Source of the DNA: Candidatus Peregrinibacteria bacterium
GTDB taxonomy: Bacteria; Patescibacteriota; Gracilibacteria; UBA1369
Direction: 5' to 3'
NCBI GenBank assembly: GCA_963708185.1
Contig: OY970195.1
Coordinates: 1,216,001 to 1,280,000, forward strand
Length of the DNA: 64,000 bases
Part shown: one piece after another, positions 1 to 9,964 of the stretch
Numbering within the stretch: the first letter of the stretch is position 1
How the letters are laid out: every line of letters begins with the position of its first letter
The notes under the pieces: model-generated
Told to the model about the DNA's origin: nothing
Databases searched by the model: none
What the model saw: the letters and a program-made list of their open reading frames with translations, nothing else
Position numbers and translations under genes: made by a program

Positions 1-1197
1 GGCGAGGATGGTGAGGAGGCTGGAGTCGGAGCCGCTCGCGGAATGGACGTCGGTGTTCTGAATGAAGCCTTCGTCGTATTTGACGTATTTGAGGGTGTTG
101 TACCCGCTGCCCAGAAGCGGCCGCTGCCAGATGAGCTCGAGGGTCTGGTTCCAGGACTGGATGCGGAGCCGCGCGGTGGGGTCCGGATTTGTGCTGGTGT
201 TGAAAACGAAGGATTCGACACTGTGATAGAGGTCGTCGACGCGTTCCTGGGCGCGCGGCAGGAAGTTGAGGGCGACGATGAAAATGATAACGCTCCCGAT
301 GAGCAGTTTTCGTGATTTGAGAATGCCGATGATTCCGAGGGCAGCGGCCGCAGCAAGGTATCCCGATCGAGAGTAGGTGAGAAAGAGCGCTACGGCCAAG
401 ACGGCCACGATGACGATGAGTCCGCTTTTTTTGGCGAGGCTTTTGGTGTAGAGCGTGATGCCGACGACAATGGCAAGGATGTAACTGATGAATCCGGCGA
501 TGAAGTTGGGGTCGAGCCAGGTCGATACCAGGCGGTTCATGTGCGGGTCCCAGCCGTATTCGACGAGGTTACCGAGATCGGGATAGATGATAAGCTGAAT
601 GAATCCGGCGACGGCGATGAGCATCGCCGAGATCACCATGGTTTTTATGATGACCATGGCATCTTTGGTGTTTTTGGCCGTGTCCATGGTGATGATTCCC
701 AGCATCACATACTCAAGGAGGCGCACAAGGTACAGTGACCCCGCGGCGACTTCGCCGGGCTGGAGAAAGGCCAGACTCACGAGGAGTGAAAAAACAGCTA
801 TGAGCGAAAAAAGCTCCAGCGGACGGTTGAATTCGGTTTCGGGAAATTTCTGACGTTTGCGGATTTTTTCAACAAGCCAAACCGCAACAATGGCGGCGAT
901 GGCCACGTCGCTGATGAGCGTTCCGTTGTCCGGTCCAAAAGGCAGACGATACAATTCGCCGATGACGGGAAGAAACAGGACGGCTCCGAGACCCACGAGC
1001 ATTTTTTTGCGAACGACCAGAACGGTGAGCGCGGCAATGAAGGCCGTCACGATGAAGAAGGTCTGCGTGGCTATTCCGTACCCGACGCCAAGTGCCGCGA
1101 TGCCCGTCAGGGTCCAGTACAGCGCCGAAGCCCAATCGAATCCGCGTATGTTGCCCGGCGCGGGTTTGCCGGCGGATTTTTTTATTTGAACATTCAA
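1..1197 (-). CDS. O-antigen ligase/polymerase (Wzy_C) family membrane protein, 3'-truncated by window edge
   Basis: Not in ORF track. Manual minus-strand translation from TTG at 1197 gives a polytopic membrane protein with NRLVSTWLDPNFIAG, ALFLTYSRSGYLA, ARLRIQSW...RPLLGSGYNT and HSASGSDSSLLTILA, typical of the family; start codon uncertain. Confidence 0.85.
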   Translation of the reverse strand, partial: MNVQIKKSAGKPAPGNIRGFDWASALYWTLTGIAALGVGYGIATQTFFIVTAFIAALTVLVVRKKMLVGLGAVLFLPVIGELYRLPFGPDNGTLISDVAIAAIVAVWLVEKIRKRQKFPETEFNRPLELFSLIAVFSLLVSLAFLQPGEVAAGSLYLVRLLEYVMLGIITMDTAKNTKDAMVIIKTMVISAMLIAVAGFIQLIIYPDLGNLVEYGWDPHMNRLVSTWLDPNFIAGFISYILAIVVGITLYTKSLAKKSGLIVIVAVLAVALFLTYSRSGYLAAAAALGIIGILKSRKLLIGSVIIFIVALNFLPRAQERVDDLYHSVESFVFNTSTNPDPTARLRIQSWNQTLELIWQRPLLGSGYNTLKYVKYDEGFIQNTDVHSASGSDSSLLTILA

Positions 1198-1246
1198 AAT
1201 TCAGTGTTTAGAATAGGCAAGCCGTATTCTACAGATTGTTTACAGT

Positions 1247-1867
1247 ATGGAAAAGTTCAAGCGAGTTCTTATCGCCACTTCAAACAAGGGAAAATTCCGG
1301 GAAATGATGGAAGTCCTGGGAGTCCTGCCTTACGAATTTGTCCGTCTGGACGAACTCGGCATCGCCGGCGATTGTGAAGAAAATGCGGACAGTTTTGAAG
1401 GCAATGCCATGCTCAAGGCCCACTACTATCATCAAAAGTCGGGGCTTTTGACGATATCCGAAGATTCGGGAATCCTCGTGGACGCACTGGACGGTGAACT
1501 TGGCATTAAAACGCGCCGCTGGGGAGCCGGCGAAAAAGCCAGCGACGAAGCATGGATCGAGTTTTTTTTGAAACGGATGGCGGATGTGCCGCACCAGCGG
1601 CGCGGGGCAAAGTTCGTGTGCTGTTCGGCCGTTCTCGACGAAAAAGGCGGTGAACATCTTTTCAGAGGTGAAACCGAGGGGATCATCACGCAAACGCTGG
1701 AGGCACCCATTTATCAGGGGCTTCCGTTAAGTTCATGTTTCAAACCGGTCGGACAGGATAAAGTCTACGCGGCATTGACTCCTGCGGAAAAAAATCAGGT
1801 CAGTCATCGCGGAAAAGCCATGAAACAGGTTCATGACTGGCTGGCGGAACATGCCGAACTAGGTTAG
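1247..1867 (+). CDS. rdgB: Non-canonical purine NTP pyrophosphatase (RdgB/HAM1 family)
   Basis: IATSNKGKFREM, EENADSFEGNAMLKA, SEDSGILVDALDGELG and EKNQVSHRGKA motifs. Confidence 0.93.
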   Translation: MEKFKRVLIATSNKGKFREMMEVLGVLPYEFVRLDELGIAGDCEENADSFEGNAMLKAHYYHQKSGLLTISEDSGILVDALDGELGIKTRRWGAGEKASDEAWIEFFLKRMADVPHQRRGAKFVCCSAVLDEKGGEHLFRGETEGIITQTLEAPIYQGLPLSSCFKPVGQDKVYAALTPAEKNQVSHRGKAMKQVHDWLAEHAELG

Positions 1868-3430
1868 TTTTTTTTCGACGATGCGTACGCACCAGGCGAA
1901 TGCCGGGCGGATGTTTTTTGGAATCATTTGGAGGAGGTTGTTGAGAATGCCGACGTCCTGCCGGTTGAAGCCGGTTTTGAGCATCGTCGCGGCGTAGACC
2001 GCGACCGCGAGCAGGGCGATGACCGCGCGGAAGGCCAGCGGGTACGGATTGATCGCAAGAAAGAGTCCGGCCATGAGAATGTTCACGAAAAATACGCGCA
2101 CCATGTATTTGTTGAAAATGCCGAGCCGGTATTTTTTTGCGTTGATGAGGGCCAGCCCGATTGAGAAAAACTGGCTGATGACGTTGGAAAGCATGGCTCC
2201 GACTGCCTGATATCTGGTGATGAGGTAGAAATCGAGGGCGATGTTCACGACGGCGGTGGAAATGTTGAAAAACATCGTTTTTTTCATTTCGTGTTTGAGC
2301 ATGGGAATGCTGCCGGCGGGCGTGATGATGACGGCGATGGCGTGAGCGAAGACCAATGGGGGGAAAAGCAGGGCGACTTCCTCAAAACCTTTTCCATAGA
2401 GAAGCGTCACGACATCGCCGAGAAAAAGGCTTGTCAGCAAGGCCAAAGGCAGGATGAGCATGGCGAGATATTTGGTGCCGTGCCGGGTGATCATCAACAG
2501 TTTGTCCTGTTTTTCAGAAGCCACGACTTCGGCGGAGGTAGCGTTGAGGACGCCGTTGATCGGTCCCCATACGCTGATGAACAGGACCGCCAGCGAGTAG
2601 GCCAGGGTGTACACCGCGATCTGGCTGCTGTCGCTGAACATGCCGAGGAATAAAAGTTCGGAGCGTTCCCAGACGATCTGCGTGCTTAAAATACTGACGT
2701 AGGCGTAAATGCTGTAGGAAAAAAGTTTTTCGCTCCGTGTGTCCGAAGCGGCGGGGGCGTCCACGTGAAGGTTTTGTCCGCTGCGGAACGCGGAAGGAGG
2801 TCTGGAAAGGAGGTCGCGGCTCTGGAAGGCGAGGATCAGCGCCGAAACCAGGTTGAGCCCGGTGTACAGCCAAAGGAAGTTGAGAATGCTTTGCTGAGTA
2901 GCCACGAAGCCGAGGATGAGCAGAAGATTGAGCACGCTCGTGGTGATGTACGTTGAGGAGAGTTTCTTGAACTCCTGCACTGCGGTCAGACTGCTGTTGA
3001 AAAAGTTGTTGAGACTGAGCGGGATGACGGAAAGAAACGTCACGGCGAGCAGCAGGGCGGTGTCGGGACGGTCAAAATGGATGAGGCTCTGGAAGAAGCC
3101 GACGCCGGCAATGCAGAGCGCCGAAATGATGACAGATCCGGCGATCTGAACGGTGAGGAGTTTTCTGGCGATGAGGCCGGTCTCGTTTTTTTCGCCGAAG
3201 AAGTACCTGGGAAAATATCTTGCCGCGGTCTGCTGGAAGCCGAAGCCGGCGATGATGCCCAGGACGCTCGACAGCCACAGAAAATAACTGTACTGACCGT
3301 ACACGTCCTTGCCGAAGTACCTCGTCACTGCGATGGAAATGCCGAAGCCGCACAACGAAGCCATAATGAAACTCGTGGTGGCCCACAGGCTGTTTCTGGT
3401 GATTTTTGCGGTGTAGCTTTGCGGCATCAT
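1859..3430 (-). CDS. wzx: Wzx-type oligosaccharide flippase (polysaccharide biosynthesis protein)
   Basis: 523 aa, 12-14 hydrophobic segments, N-terminal RNSLW...TRYFGKDVYGQYSY pattern; directly downstream of three glycosyltransferases. Confidence 0.85.
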   Translation of the reverse strand: MMPQSYTAKITRNSLWATTSFIMASLCGFGISIAVTRYFGKDVYGQYSYFLWLSSVLGIIAGFGFQQTAARYFPRYFFGEKNETGLIARKLLTVQIAGSVIISALCIAGVGFFQSLIHFDRPDTALLLAVTFLSVIPLSLNNFFNSSLTAVQEFKKLSSTYITTSVLNLLLILGFVATQQSILNFLWLYTGLNLVSALILAFQSRDLLSRPPSAFRSGQNLHVDAPAASDTRSEKLFSYSIYAYVSILSTQIVWERSELLFLGMFSDSSQIAVYTLAYSLAVLFISVWGPINGVLNATSAEVVASEKQDKLLMITRHGTKYLAMLILPLALLTSLFLGDVVTLLYGKGFEEVALLFPPLVFAHAIAVIITPAGSIPMLKHEMKKTMFFNISTAVVNIALDFYLITRYQAVGAMLSNVISQFFSIGLALINAKKYRLGIFNKYMVRVFFVNILMAGLFLAINPYPLAFRAVIALLAVAVYAATMLKTGFNRQDVGILNNLLQMIPKNIRPAFAWCVRIVEKKLT

Positions 3431-3436
3431 ACAGGG

Positions 3437-4480
3437 TTATTGTTTTGAGGCGTGCGGCTTTTTGTTTTTGCGTTTCGCCCTGAACCAACGGATCTGCGGG
3501 ACCGCCGTGCTGATTTTAACGTAAGCGTCGACGGAAAAATAGACGGCTACGCCGAACTTCGCAAGCACGAGGTTGAGTAAAGCACCAAGACGTTTTTTGC
3601 TCAATTTGAAGCCCCATGAGAAGTATTGGAACGCACGTTTGGTTTCGCCTTTTTCCACGAGAAAACATCCGGTGAGGCTGGCCAGTTTGGCGAAAATTTC
3701 GAGACGGTGACGGTCCATGGGGTAGTTTTCGAGGGCGTCCGTGACTTTTTCCAGATCCGGGATTTCGTCGTTCTTGTAGAGGGCGTCGAAATTTTCTTTG
3801 TTGAGACGGTTGCGTACCTTGATCTGTTTGCGGAAGTTCGCGCCGCTGATGCTGTGGATGTTCATGTTGTATTCGCCGAGGACGTCCCTGAGATTTTCGA
3901 TCTTGCCGCGGTTTTTCATGCGGATCCACAATCCGTAGTCTTCGGCTGGATATTCGCCTTCAAGGTATCCTCCGCAATCGATGAAAGTTTTTTTGCGGAA
4001 GATGACGGCGCTGTGGACGAAAGCGCAGTTATAGACCATGAACCAGCGATTGAGAAAATCTTCGCTGAAGGTGTCGGTGAAACCGGTGAAGGTTTTCCCT
4101 CCGCGCATGACTTTATAGGTCGCTCCGAGCAAAACGGTCTGCGGATGTTTTTGCATGTAGTCGTATTCGATTTCGAGACGCCGCGGGTAGGTGACGTCGT
4201 CGGCGTCGATGCGGGCGATGAGATCGGCGCGGGCATGCATGGCCAGGCTGTTGAGGCTCCTGACGATTCCGCTGTTGCGCTGATGGAACACTTTGACGCG
4301 TCGGTCTTTTTTGGCGTAGGTTTCCAGAATCTGGCGCGAACGGTCGGTTGATCCGTCGTCCATGGCGAGCAGTTCGAAATCCGGGAACGTCTGGTCGATG
4401 ATGTTCTTCATGACCGAATGGAGGTGCTGTTCTCCGTTATAGACGGGCATGAGGACGCTGATTTTCGGCTTATTGTTCAA
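3437..4480 (-). CDS. Glycosyltransferase family 2
   Basis: ISVLMPVYNGE, DDGSTDRS, ARIDADD, PAEDYGLW. Confidence 0.92.
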   Translation of the reverse strand: MNNKPKISVLMPVYNGEQHLHSVMKNIIDQTFPDFELLAMDDGSTDRSRQILETYAKKDRRVKVFHQRNSGIVRSLNSLAMHARADLIARIDADDVTYPRRLEIEYDYMQKHPQTVLLGATYKVMRGGKTFTGFTDTFSEDFLNRWFMVYNCAFVHSAVIFRKKTFIDCGGYLEGEYPAEDYGLWIRMKNRGKIENLRDVLGEYNMNIHSISGANFRKQIKVRNRLNKENFDALYKNDEIPDLEKVTDALENYPMDRHRLEIFAKLASLTGCFLVEKGETKRAFQYFSWGFKLSKKRLGALLNLVLAKFGVAVYFSVDAYVKISTAVPQIRWFRAKRKNKKPHASKQ

Positions 4481-5558
4481 GGCAGGTGCGGTAAAATTTT
4501 TCCTGTTCGTTGACGATGTTGTCCCAGAGATGTCGTTTGGCCCAGGCGTGGGCGGACCGGCCCAATGAAGAAAGGCGCTCTTTGTCGTTCAAAAGGTCGG
4601 CGCAGCTTTGGGCGAACTTTTGGGGGTCGTACGCCGGGACGCCAATGCCGATGTTTTCAGCGATGAGTTCGTGGAGGTTGGGGATGTCGAAAAAGATCGC
4701 AGGTTTTCCGTATGATGCGGCTTCGAGCATGCTGAAAGGAAGGATTTCGAAATTAGAGGGCATGATGAGCGCCGCGGAGTCCTTGATCAAACGCTCCTTG
4801 TCGGCGCCGGTAACTTTTCCCTTGTAGATGAGGTTTTTAAGCCCCATCGTTTTGAATTCACGCAGGAAGCGTGCACGGTCGCGCCCGTCTCCGGCGACGA
4901 TGATTTCCAGGTCGGGCATTTTTTTGCCGAGGATTTCTGCCGTTTTCAAAAGATGGTCGATGCCTTTGTGGTGATAGTCGATTCTTCCCAAAAAGAGCAG
5001 TTGATTTTTATGCGCATGGTGGGCTTCGGGAACGCGGGTCAGTCCGTTGGGAATTACGGCGATGCGCGCCTTGCCGTTGAGTTTGGAGATTTCACGTTTG
5101 AGGTTCCGGGTGAGGACGATGAAGTTTTTATAGAGCCCGGCCGCGTGTTTTTCGACAACCCAGAAGGGGAGATGGTGCTTTTTGGAAGACTGTTTGGCGA
5201 AGAGCGACTGGATCTGCGAAATAACGGGTTTTTTGGTGTAGAGCGGACTCATGCCGAAGCTCATCGGGGGAATGTTTTCCTCCACCACCAGATCGTAGTC
5301 GTATTTGTTCAGGATAAAAGGCACGGACAAAAAATAGGAAATGAAGTTGAAGGGATAACGCTTCAGCCCGATGCGTTCGTAGCGGACGCCTTCGCGGGTG
5401 GTGTTTTTGGCCCCGGGATAGTTCATGGTCACCACGGTGACATTGTGTCCTTTTTGGACGAGACGGCGGTTTATTTCAAAGGTGCGGACGGCCTGGCCGC
5501 CGCCCGCCGGACTTTCCGGGTCGTCAAAGTCGAGATGGAGGATTTTCATGGTCTTCAC
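4470..5558 (-). CDS. Glycosyltransferase family 4 (GT-B)
   Basis: AGGGQAVRT, VIPNG, FLGRIDYHHKGID, PSNFEILPFSMLEAASYGKP (E-x7-E). Confidence 0.92.
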   Translation of the reverse strand: MKTMKILHLDFDDPESPAGGGQAVRTFEINRRLVQKGHNVTVVTMNYPGAKNTTREGVRYERIGLKRYPFNFISYFLSVPFILNKYDYDLVVEENIPPMSFGMSPLYTKKPVISQIQSLFAKQSSKKHHLPFWVVEKHAAGLYKNFIVLTRNLKREISKLNGKARIAVIPNGLTRVPEAHHAHKNQLLFLGRIDYHHKGIDHLLKTAEILGKKMPDLEIIVAGDGRDRARFLREFKTMGLKNLIYKGKVTGADKERLIKDSAALIMPSNFEILPFSMLEAASYGKPAIFFDIPNLHELIAENIGIGVPAYDPQKFAQSCADLLNDKERLSSLGRSAHAWAKRHLWDNIVNEQEKFYRTCLEQ

Positions 5559-6517
5559 GACATTTCAACCTTAATGAGCAAGAACTCTTTTTCTTCGGGG
5601 ATGTTTTTTGGCTCCTTCCACAGTGCTGATATTCCGGCGATGAGCCCGACGGCGTACACGAGGTGGGTCAGCGGGAAGAGGCCGAGCATGGTGAAAAATA
5701 CGGAAGCGTTTTCCCATTCGATCGCCGTCATCAGCGAGAAGGATGCGTCCAGCGCGAGGTAGGCGATCAGCGGGAAAAAATACAACGGAAGGTGAATCCA
5801 GACGAGACTCACGAGATAAATAAGGAAAAATACCGGAACAAAAAAGGTCGGATCAAGGTGGTCCGGTTTCTTGACGGAATGCAGCGTGCGTCCTTTTCCC
5901 CAGTTGTAAATCTGCTTCATGTAGGCGCGCAGACTTTTGCGGCGATGGTGGTAGATATAGAACTCGGGATTGTATGCAAGCAGGCAGCCTTTTTTGGTGA
6001 GACGCGCCAGGAGGTCGTTTTCTTCGTTAGGGCAGATTTCCGGATCAAAAAGGTTTTCTTTGAGCGTCTTGGCGCGGAAGGCGAGATTGCAGGTGATGAG
6101 GTGTTTTTCGCTGACGGTGCCGATGTTGCTGACCGGGCGATACCGTGCGGCGGTTTCGAGTCCGACAAACGGCGAAGCGTGCGCGAAACCGAAACAGTGC
6201 TGGATGTAGCTGTTTTCCGGAGGCGTCAGGTTCGGCCCTCCCACGACCTGAACTTCGGGATTTTTTTCAAAAGTCTCGAGCGCTTTTTCAATTTTTCCTT
6301 TGGGGATGATGATGTCGTCGTCGAAAAAGAAAATGTAGTCGCCGGTGGCGGCTTTGATGCCCATGTTTCTCTGGACCGGAAGCCACGTTCCCTTGATGAT
6401 GAAGATCTCCATGTCCACGCCGTGCGGTTTTACTTTCTGGAGGTTTTGCAAAACGTCGTCGGCGGAACGGTCTGGCGCCGATGGAACAAGGACGGAAATT
6501 TTTGTCGCTGAAGACAT
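5555..6517 (-). CDS. Glycosyltransferase family 2 with C-terminal membrane helices
   Basis: QRNMGIKAATGDYIFFFDDD, VVGGPNLTP, TCNLAF, NEENDL, QIYNWGKGR, C-terminal TM segments. Confidence 0.9.
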   Translation of the reverse strand: MSSATKISVLVPSAPDRSADDVLQNLQKVKPHGVDMEIFIIKGTWLPVQRNMGIKAATGDYIFFFDDDIIIPKGKIEKALETFEKNPEVQVVGGPNLTPPENSYIQHCFGFAHASPFVGLETAARYRPVSNIGTVSEKHLITCNLAFRAKTLKENLFDPEICPNEENDLLARLTKKGCLLAYNPEFYIYHHRRKSLRAYMKQIYNWGKGRTLHSVKKPDHLDPTFFVPVFFLIYLVSLVWIHLPLYFFPLIAYLALDASFSLMTAIEWENASVFFTMLGLFPLTHLVYAVGLIAGISALWKEPKNIPEEKEFLLIKVEMS

Positions 6518-6578
6518 TCCGGGTATATAAAAAACGCTTAACGCTTCTTGGCTTGCAGGTGCATTTTAGCGTTTTTTT

Positions 6579-7376
6579 TTACTTCTGGCTATGGCCGCGC
6601 CTCGATGGGCGTTTTTTGGAATGTTTTTTCTGCTTGGGCGCGGGTTTTTTCATATTGTCCCGCAGGTATGACCAGCCGAGGATCGATCCGAAGAAAAGGA
6701 ACAGCGCCAGCGATGCCCAGAAATAGAGCTGGAAGAAAGGATTGCTGCCGAAATCGGAATACTGCTTCTGGACCGGCTGCGGGTTCGAAGTCACCTTCAC
6801 GTCGACGCGCAGGGCGATTCTCACCGCGATGTTCACGTTGGCGTTTCTGGCGTCGGGTTTGGTTTTTTCGGCGGCCACACCGCCGCTGTAGGTCCCTTCG
6901 GACGTTCCGTCGGGAATGGAAACGGTGAATCTTTCTTTTCTGGTTTCGCCGGGCTGGAGGATGATTTCGGGATCGTCGAAACTGATCCATTTGCCCAGTC
7001 CGACCGCGGTCTGACCTTTGGTTTTCAAGGCGAATGAGCCCTGCGCGGTCCTGGTTTCGTCAGCGCCGTACAGGCTGAACTTCAAGGGAACGTCGGAAGC
7101 GTTTTTGAGCAAAACATAATCCTGCGCGCCCTGCCCCGGCTTGAGTTCGAAGATGAAGCGTTTGGGGTCGGTGGTGTTGGGATTGGCGATGACGAAGTTG
7201 AAACTGTCTTCGTTGATGTTCGGCTGGGGCTGGGCGCCGATTGCCTGCGCGGCGGTCTGCTGGGTGGCATTGGTAAACCACGATGCTCCCTGCTGCGTCG
7301 GTGTTTGCTGCGCCTGGGCCAGGAAGATACCAGTACAAAAGAAACCCACAAGAATGATTCCGACTTTTCTGAACAT
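6579..7376 (-). CDS. DUF916-like (WxL-interacting) membrane-anchored protein, short form
   Basis: Signal peptide; FELKPGQ..DYVLLKN, LYGADETRTAQGSFAL, GLGKWISF, GTYSGGV; single C-terminal TM plus basic tail. Confidence 0.7.
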   Translation of the reverse strand: MFRKVGIILVGFFCTGIFLAQAQQTPTQQGASWFTNATQQTAAQAIGAQPQPNINEDSFNFVIANPNTTDPKRFIFELKPGQGAQDYVLLKNASDVPLKFSLYGADETRTAQGSFALKTKGQTAVGLGKWISFDDPEIILQPGETRKERFTVSIPDGTSEGTYSGGVAAEKTKPDARNANVNIAVRIALRVDVKVTSNPQPVQKQYSDFGSNPFFQLYFWASLALFLFFGSILGWSYLRDNMKKPAPKQKKHSKKRPSRRGHSQK

Positions 7377-7377
7377 A

Positions 7378-8481
7378 TTATTTTTGAGAAGGTACCTGGA
7401 TTTTATCGCCTTTGTTCAAGGCGTATGGAGGTTTGAGTTTGTTGAGTTTGGCCAGTTTTTTCCAGCCGACGCCGGCTTTCCTGGCGATGCTCACGAGAGT
7501 CTCTCCGTCCTGCACGATATAGGCTTTGGACATTTTCCTGAGTTTTTTCATGGTGAAGACCTTTGCCAAAACGTAGATGAGGATGAGGGCAAGAACGGCC
7601 AGCACCACTGCCGCGATGTTCCAGGGGATGACCCAGAACGAAAGTGTTTTTGTGATCTCTTTGGGGTTGATGTTCTGGTTGTTGGCGACATCGTATTCGT
7701 AGAAGGTGGTGGTCGCTTTGGCCGTGAAAAAGCCGAAAAACGGTTTCTGGTCCCAGTCGTAGGGGACGTTGATTTTTTCGTTCTGGAGAAGCGTGGTTTC
7801 GGGGATCTTCACTTCCTGGGTGTCGCTTCCGAAGAAGTTGTTGATTTCAATTTTGGGTTCCACGGTGATGGCGGCGTTGCCGTTGTTGCTGAAGCTCAGC
7901 GTGAAACGTTGTTTGTCGTTCGGGGTGACGACGTGGGCGTAGTCGTCCCAGTTGTAGTCCACGTTCTTTTGTCCGGGAACGGAAACAAAGAGTTTGACGA
8001 CGAGTCGTGAAGAAATGACGACGCCGGCTCCCGTATTGCCTTTTCCTTTCGATGTGGAATCGTTCTGGACGGTCGTCGTTTCCGCGGCGATGCCTCCGGC
8101 ATAGTTGCCCGGCGTTACCTGGTCGGGCATGGTCATGGTGAAGGGGATTTCTCGCTTTTCACCCCCCTGGAGGGTTATCGTACTGTCCTTGAAAGCGACC
8201 CATTTGCCGACGGTCCTTTGCGTTGCGGTGCGATTGACGAGCGCGAAAGACCCCTGGTTGCTGTGGGTGGAATCGGCTCCATACAATAAGAGTGTGAGCG
8301 GTTGGGGATTGTTGTTTTCAATAACGATGGAGTCCTGTTTGGTTTCGCCCGGCTTGAGTTCAAAATTGAACTGGCGGCGGTCACCGCCGTCGGAAGGCGT
8401 CATGCTGAATCCCGCCTGCGTGACGGGGATGAAGCCGGCAAGGGTTATGAACAGTGCGATGATCGAGGCGAACTTTTTCAT
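7378..8481 (-). CDS. DUF916/DUF3324-like WxL-interacting protein with TM and C-terminal LysM
   Basis: Signal peptide; FELKPGETKQDSIVIEN, LYGADSTHSNQGSFAL, PGNYAGGI, FSNNGN, WDQKPFFG, VIPW+TM; LysM YIVQDGETLVSIARKAGVGWKKLAKLNKL...LNKGDKIQVP. Confidence 0.78.
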   Translation of the reverse strand: MKKFASIIALFITLAGFIPVTQAGFSMTPSDGGDRRQFNFELKPGETKQDSIVIENNNPQPLTLLLYGADSTHSNQGSFALVNRTATQRTVGKWVAFKDSTITLQGGEKREIPFTMTMPDQVTPGNYAGGIAAETTTVQNDSTSKGKGNTGAGVVISSRLVVKLFVSVPGQKNVDYNWDDYAHVVTPNDKQRFTLSFSNNGNAAITVEPKIEINNFFGSDTQEVKIPETTLLQNEKINVPYDWDQKPFFGFFTAKATTTFYEYDVANNQNINPKEITKTLSFWVIPWNIAAVVLAVLALILIYVLAKVFTMKKLRKMSKAYIVQDGETLVSIARKAGVGWKKLAKLNKLKPPYALNKGDKIQVPSQK

Positions 8482-8495
8482 TTTGGTGTTGGCGT

Positions 8496-9224
8496 TTATG
8501 GGTGTTGAGTGAACGTAAAGGTGAGCTGGCTCTGGTAATTTCCGGCCTGGGTTCCAATTGGTAGATTAGCACGTAAGACCATGCCGACGCTATATGTTCC
8601 TATGTTGGGCAAGGTTCCGACGGAGGTTCTTTCCATGATCGTTACCGGTAGACTTTCCGATCCCGAGTCGGCGGGATCCGGATCACCGCTGTCGATGGGG
8701 AAAGCGGTAAAGTTGGCGGCGTTGATCGAATCTGGATTGGTGACGACGTCAGTGTAGTCGCCGGACGTCGGTTTGTAGTCCAGCAGTGCGGTCACGTTGT
8801 TCGGACCTGCCGGAGCGTTATTGGCGCCGCTGTCCACGCTGTCGGTGTTGTTCTGGGTGAAGGTAAGCATGCTGAAATCGGTGTAGGGAAGCACGGATGG
8901 AGAGGTCGGATTGGTGTCGTCTTCCGGGTTCTGGAGTGAGACGTCCACACGGAAGGTATCGCCGACGGCCTGGTCGATGACGGCGATCTTTTTGTTGTAA
9001 TCGTTACTGCTCGGGTCAAGCACGACAGACGTTTGCGCCGGTGTACTCGGCTGCACAATTGTCCGGTTGAAAGTGAGCGGATCAATATTGTGGAGACCGA
9101 GCAGACCGCTGTTGACAGCCATGCTGACCTGCTGCTGGTCAGCAACCACTTTGCCCGCGACGAGCAGATTAAGACTTGCCAGAATGGTTAATCCGATGCC
9201 GAGTTTTTGGAGTTTTTTCATCAT
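8496..9224 (-). CDS. Secreted WxL-like domain protein
   Basis: Signal peptide; IAVIDQAVGDTFRVDVS; C-terminal QAGNYQSQLTFTF. Confidence 0.6.
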   Translation of the reverse strand: MMKKLQKLGIGLTILASLNLLVAGKVVADQQQVSMAVNSGLLGLHNIDPLTFNRTIVQPSTPAQTSVVLDPSSNDYNKKIAVIDQAVGDTFRVDVSLQNPEDDTNPTSPSVLPYTDFSMLTFTQNNTDSVDSGANNAPAGPNNVTALLDYKPTSGDYTDVVTNPDSINAANFTAFPIDSGDPDPADSGSESLPVTIMERTSVGTLPNIGTYSVGMVLRANLPIGTQAGNYQSQLTFTFTQHP

Positions 9225-9964
9225 GTCGTTGAGTCAGCTAAGGTCCAGGTCAGAGTCGTGGTATACGATCCCGCGGCCTGGTAGGCGGGGATGTAGAGCA
9301 TGGCTGAACTTCCCACGTCCATGATGCCGATGCGTCCGGTGCTGGAAGAAAGCGTACCATTCAGTACGTCCACGGGAGTGGCGGTATCGAGGATGTTGTT
9401 GGAAACAGAGGTGAAGGTTGCTTCATCAGAAAAGTCCGTTGCCGCGGTATTGACGAGGGCGGTGACGTCCTCAGGTCCACTGAAGCCGCTTTCGTAGACA
9501 ACGCCGTTGGTGGTGGTTCCCGAAGCTCCGTTGAAGAGCGGAGAGGTGACGATTCGGAGGTTATCGTCCGGGCTTGCGTTGCTCACAAGAATGCTGTTGG
9601 ATCCGCCGTCGCTGAAATCACCGTTGGCGCTGAGGGTGAGGGTGAAACCTCCCTGTCCGCGCGTGTCCTGAACGGCCAAACGTTTGGCCTGAGGCAGGTT
9701 CCCTGCGGTTGCCGTTGCGTCACTGAAGGTTGCGGTGCGCCCGGTTGGAATGCCCATCGATCCAAAATCAAAACTGCTTGGAAGCGCAATAAATGAAAGG
9801 CTCCCGGAGCGGTTGACGCTCACGGTGCTCGTATTGCTTTGCCCCATCGCAATACCCGTTAACGCCAGGTTGAGCGTTACCGCGATGAAGCTTCCGATGA
9901 TGAGTATTTTTCTTTTTTGCATATTTTTGTTTTGATGTTGGGGAGGATTTTTCTGATCAGTCAC
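9221..9964 (-). CDS. Secreted WxL domain protein
   Basis: GSLSFIALPSSFDFG, LAVQDTRGQGGFTLTLSA and C-terminal AAGSYTTTLTWTLAD match WxL consensus; alternative ATG start at 9922. Confidence 0.75.
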   Translation of the reverse strand: MTDQKNPPQHQNKNMQKRKILIIGSFIAVTLNLALTGIAMGQSNTSTVSVNRSGSLSFIALPSSFDFGSMGIPTGRTATFSDATATAGNLPQAKRLAVQDTRGQGGFTLTLSANGDFSDGGSNSILVSNASPDDNLRIVTSPLFNGASGTTTNGVVYESGFSGPEDVTALVNTAATDFSDEATFTSVSNNILDTATPVDVLNGTLSSSTGRIGIMDVGSSAMLYIPAYQAAGSYTTTLTWTLADSTT

